DNA of 35,778 nucleotides from Patellaria atrata CBS 101060 (lineage: Eukaryota), in NCBI GenBank assembly GCA_010093705.1, contig MU006097.1:755905-791682 (forward strand). Reading direction: 5' to 3'. Below are positions 35,296-35,778 of this stretch, piece by piece. The translations under genes and the position numbers were made by a program. Position 1 is the first letter of the stretch. Every line of letters starts with the position of its first letter. A model generated the notes under the pieces. The model saw only the letters and a program-made list of their open reading frames with translations, made no database searches and was not told the DNA's origin.

Positions 35296-35778
35296 CTAAT
35301 ACCCATCCTCAATCCCCCTCCCCCTCTCAACCTCCAACCTCTCCCCATTAACACCCCACCACATCTCACTCGTCTCCTCCCCCTTCCCCTCCCCCCTCTT
35401 CTCATCCCACGGTTTCGGACTCAAAATCAAATGCAAGTTCCGCACCTCCCCATCCCTCCAAATGACATCATGCACGCCCTTCCAGCGAAGCGTCTTAAGC
35501 GCGTTATACACGTACGGCAGTGGGACCCAGCGGCCTTTATAGAGGTCCGAGAGGAGGGACTGGTCCGCGAACTCGTAGTTGAGGGCGCTGGAGGAAGAGA
35601 GCGTGGAGAGGATTTGGGTGTAGAGGGTTTGCGAGGGGTTCACGACTTGGAGGCCGCCGTTAGGCATGCCGAGGCCGGTCAGGGCGGGTGCGGCTGTTGT
35701 TTGCGCGGTCAGGGGGGAGGCGTGTTGGGTTGTGTAGGCGCAGTTTTGGGGGATCCTGGGAGTGTTAGTCGGGGGTGA
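35296..35778 (-). CDS. Glycosyltransferase family 8 protein, 3' part only (5' end lies beyond the window)
   Basis: CAYTTQH..PNGGLQVVNPS, FADQSLLSDLYKGRWVPLPYVYNALKTLR, NLHLILSPKPW; stop at 35296. Confidence 0.88.
   Translation of the reverse strand, partial: SPPTNTPRIPQNCAYTTQHASPLTAQTTAAPALTGLGMPNGGLQVVNPSQTLYTQILSTLSSSSALNYEFADQSLLSDLYKGRWVPLPYVYNALKTLRWKGVHDVIWRDGEVRNLHLILSPKPWDEKRGEGKGEETSEMWWGVNGERLEVERGRGIEDGY

Noticed and set aside
16888..35778. A metabolic gene cluster (glycosyltransferases, hydrolase, MetE-like, transporters, RIB1)
   Set aside because: No PKS, NRPS or terpene backbone gene or cluster regulator; the genes are interspersed with unrelated housekeeping genes.

Overview
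Eukaryotic, gene-dense DNA from a filamentous ascomycete (Pezizomycotina-type; short GT-AG introns, mostly 49-89 nt, with CTRAY-type branch points). From about 5.8 kb onward it is ordinary euchromatin with 14 genes, most of which I could splice into open frames by hand: an HGT1-like sugar porter, a large uncharacterised single-TM protein, YRB1, TAF14, a DUF4604-like protein, a KRE2/KTR (GT15) mannosyltransferase, a DUF1749/SidJ-like hydrolase, a TUL1/DscA E3 ligase, a GH5 endoglucanase, a short cobalamin-independent methionine synthase-like protein, SSN3/CDK8, a vacuolar-type sugar porter, RIB1 and a partial GT8. The first 4 kb is different. It holds a head-to-head pair of decayed genes that the ORF track shows only as fragments: an FHA-domain Ser/Thr kinase (minus strand) and a protein built from two copies of a Trp-rich motif I cannot name (plus strand). 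Other notable signals are a candidate selective-autophagy-receptor architecture in the 8.5-11 kb protein and repeated, orientation-independent C-rich to G-rich skew switches inside six genes. No rRNA, tRNA, CRISPR or recognisable transposase was found. All family assignments are by motif recognition; no database search was run.
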